Part shown: in pieces, positions 63,054 to 64,000 of the stretch | Position numbering within the stretch: the first letter of the stretch is position 1 | Layout of the letters: every line of letters begins with the position of its first letter | From: Girardia tigrina | Taxonomy: Eukaryota | Direction of reading: 5' to 3' | Length of the DNA stretch: 64,000 bases | Assembly: GCA_001938485.1 (NCBI GenBank) | Contig: MQRK01231274.1 | Location: 9,981-73,980 of the forward strand | Translations under genes and position numbers: made by a program | The notes under the pieces: model-generated | What the model was told of the DNA's origin: nothing | Databases searched by the model: none | What the model saw: only the letters and a program-made list of their open reading frames with translations

Positions 63054-64000
63054 GTATTTTATAAATATTATTTTAATAATACGTATTAAGTTTAGCAAGA
63101 TAAAAATTATTAAGTATACAAATAATAAAAAAATAAAGTATGGGGCCCGTAAAACCGATTTAAAACATGTTTTTCAACATAAATAAACATTTTATGCTAA
63201 GCAATAATCTTTATCAGTGTTGTTAATGAAAACATTGTATATAGTAATAGATCGAAAAAAACCATAGTAATTTGGGTTCAAAAGCCTTATTTAAGAGATC
63301 TAAATAATTTTAAGTTTGACTTTGCCAAAATATTTAAATTTTAATGTGAAGAATTTTTTTCTTTTTACTTCAAAATTTCTTCATGAGTAAACATTCAAAT
63401 AACATTTATGTATTATCAGTAAACAAAACGAACAAAACATATTTTCTCGTGAAATCTTTTTTTAAATAAATACAAGTATAACAAATAAGTTATTAAATTA
63501 CAAATTGTTTGATAGACAAGTGTAAATTGGTCATTATAATAATTTAAAGGGTACATAGTTTATTATTAACACCAAATTAATCAATAAATCAATATTAAAA
63601 AAAACTCAACTACTAGCACAGTGATGGTTACAGCCTCAACTTTGAAATTTAAAATTATCTCTTCTCTGGTCGAGTCTCTTTGTTTTTTTTTAAATCGACT
63701 TTTGGATGAGTTAACTCGTTAACAACCGCGACGTAAGAAGTAACTAGAAAAAAATGCTCTTCTTGAAGTAAGTAATAAGATACATTTTTAGGAAGGAAGT
63801 CGCTATTTGTAGTATAATCTTTATTCTCTGGTATCAAAAAGGATTAAGTATGTGATTGTAGCCATTCTCGGAGCGACACGAACTTTCTAAATTACCCTAC
63901 CACCAGCAATATAATTGGATAATCAATCGCACACAATCAGTCATATATCGATGTGTGCACATGCACCGTATTTCTCAGTGTATACGTCTCACATATTTAT

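Overview
Very AT-rich eukaryotic genomic DNA with several N gaps. It is metazoan, as shown by an unc-13 exon fragment. GT-AG introns range from about 50 nt to several kb. The transposon landscape resembles triclad flatworms, but this is an inference. Most of the window is nested, decayed transposons: three related Gypsy LTR elements, two Penelope-like elements with minimal hammerhead ribozymes, several hATs, Zator, Tc1, mariners, Merlin and a Helitron. Host genes I can reconstruct are a 7-exon PH-domain/coiled-coil gene (37530-52190, 448 aa) and the 5' exons of a coiled-coil gene (60148-63053), plus decayed gene fragments. The most unusual items are: (1) a pol-less Gypsy-type element whose Gag is preceded, in one reconstructable frame, by a complete 76-codon diverged ubiquitin domain (25377-27022, minus strand); (2) a 2067-bp TG...CA insertion with a 4-bp TSD, sitting inside a Tc1 transposase, that carries two intact orphan ORFs, splice and poly(A) signals and duplicated structured-RNA units (28121-30187); (3) a Gypsy family whose Gag frame starts exactly 32 codons inside the LTR in three divergent copies.
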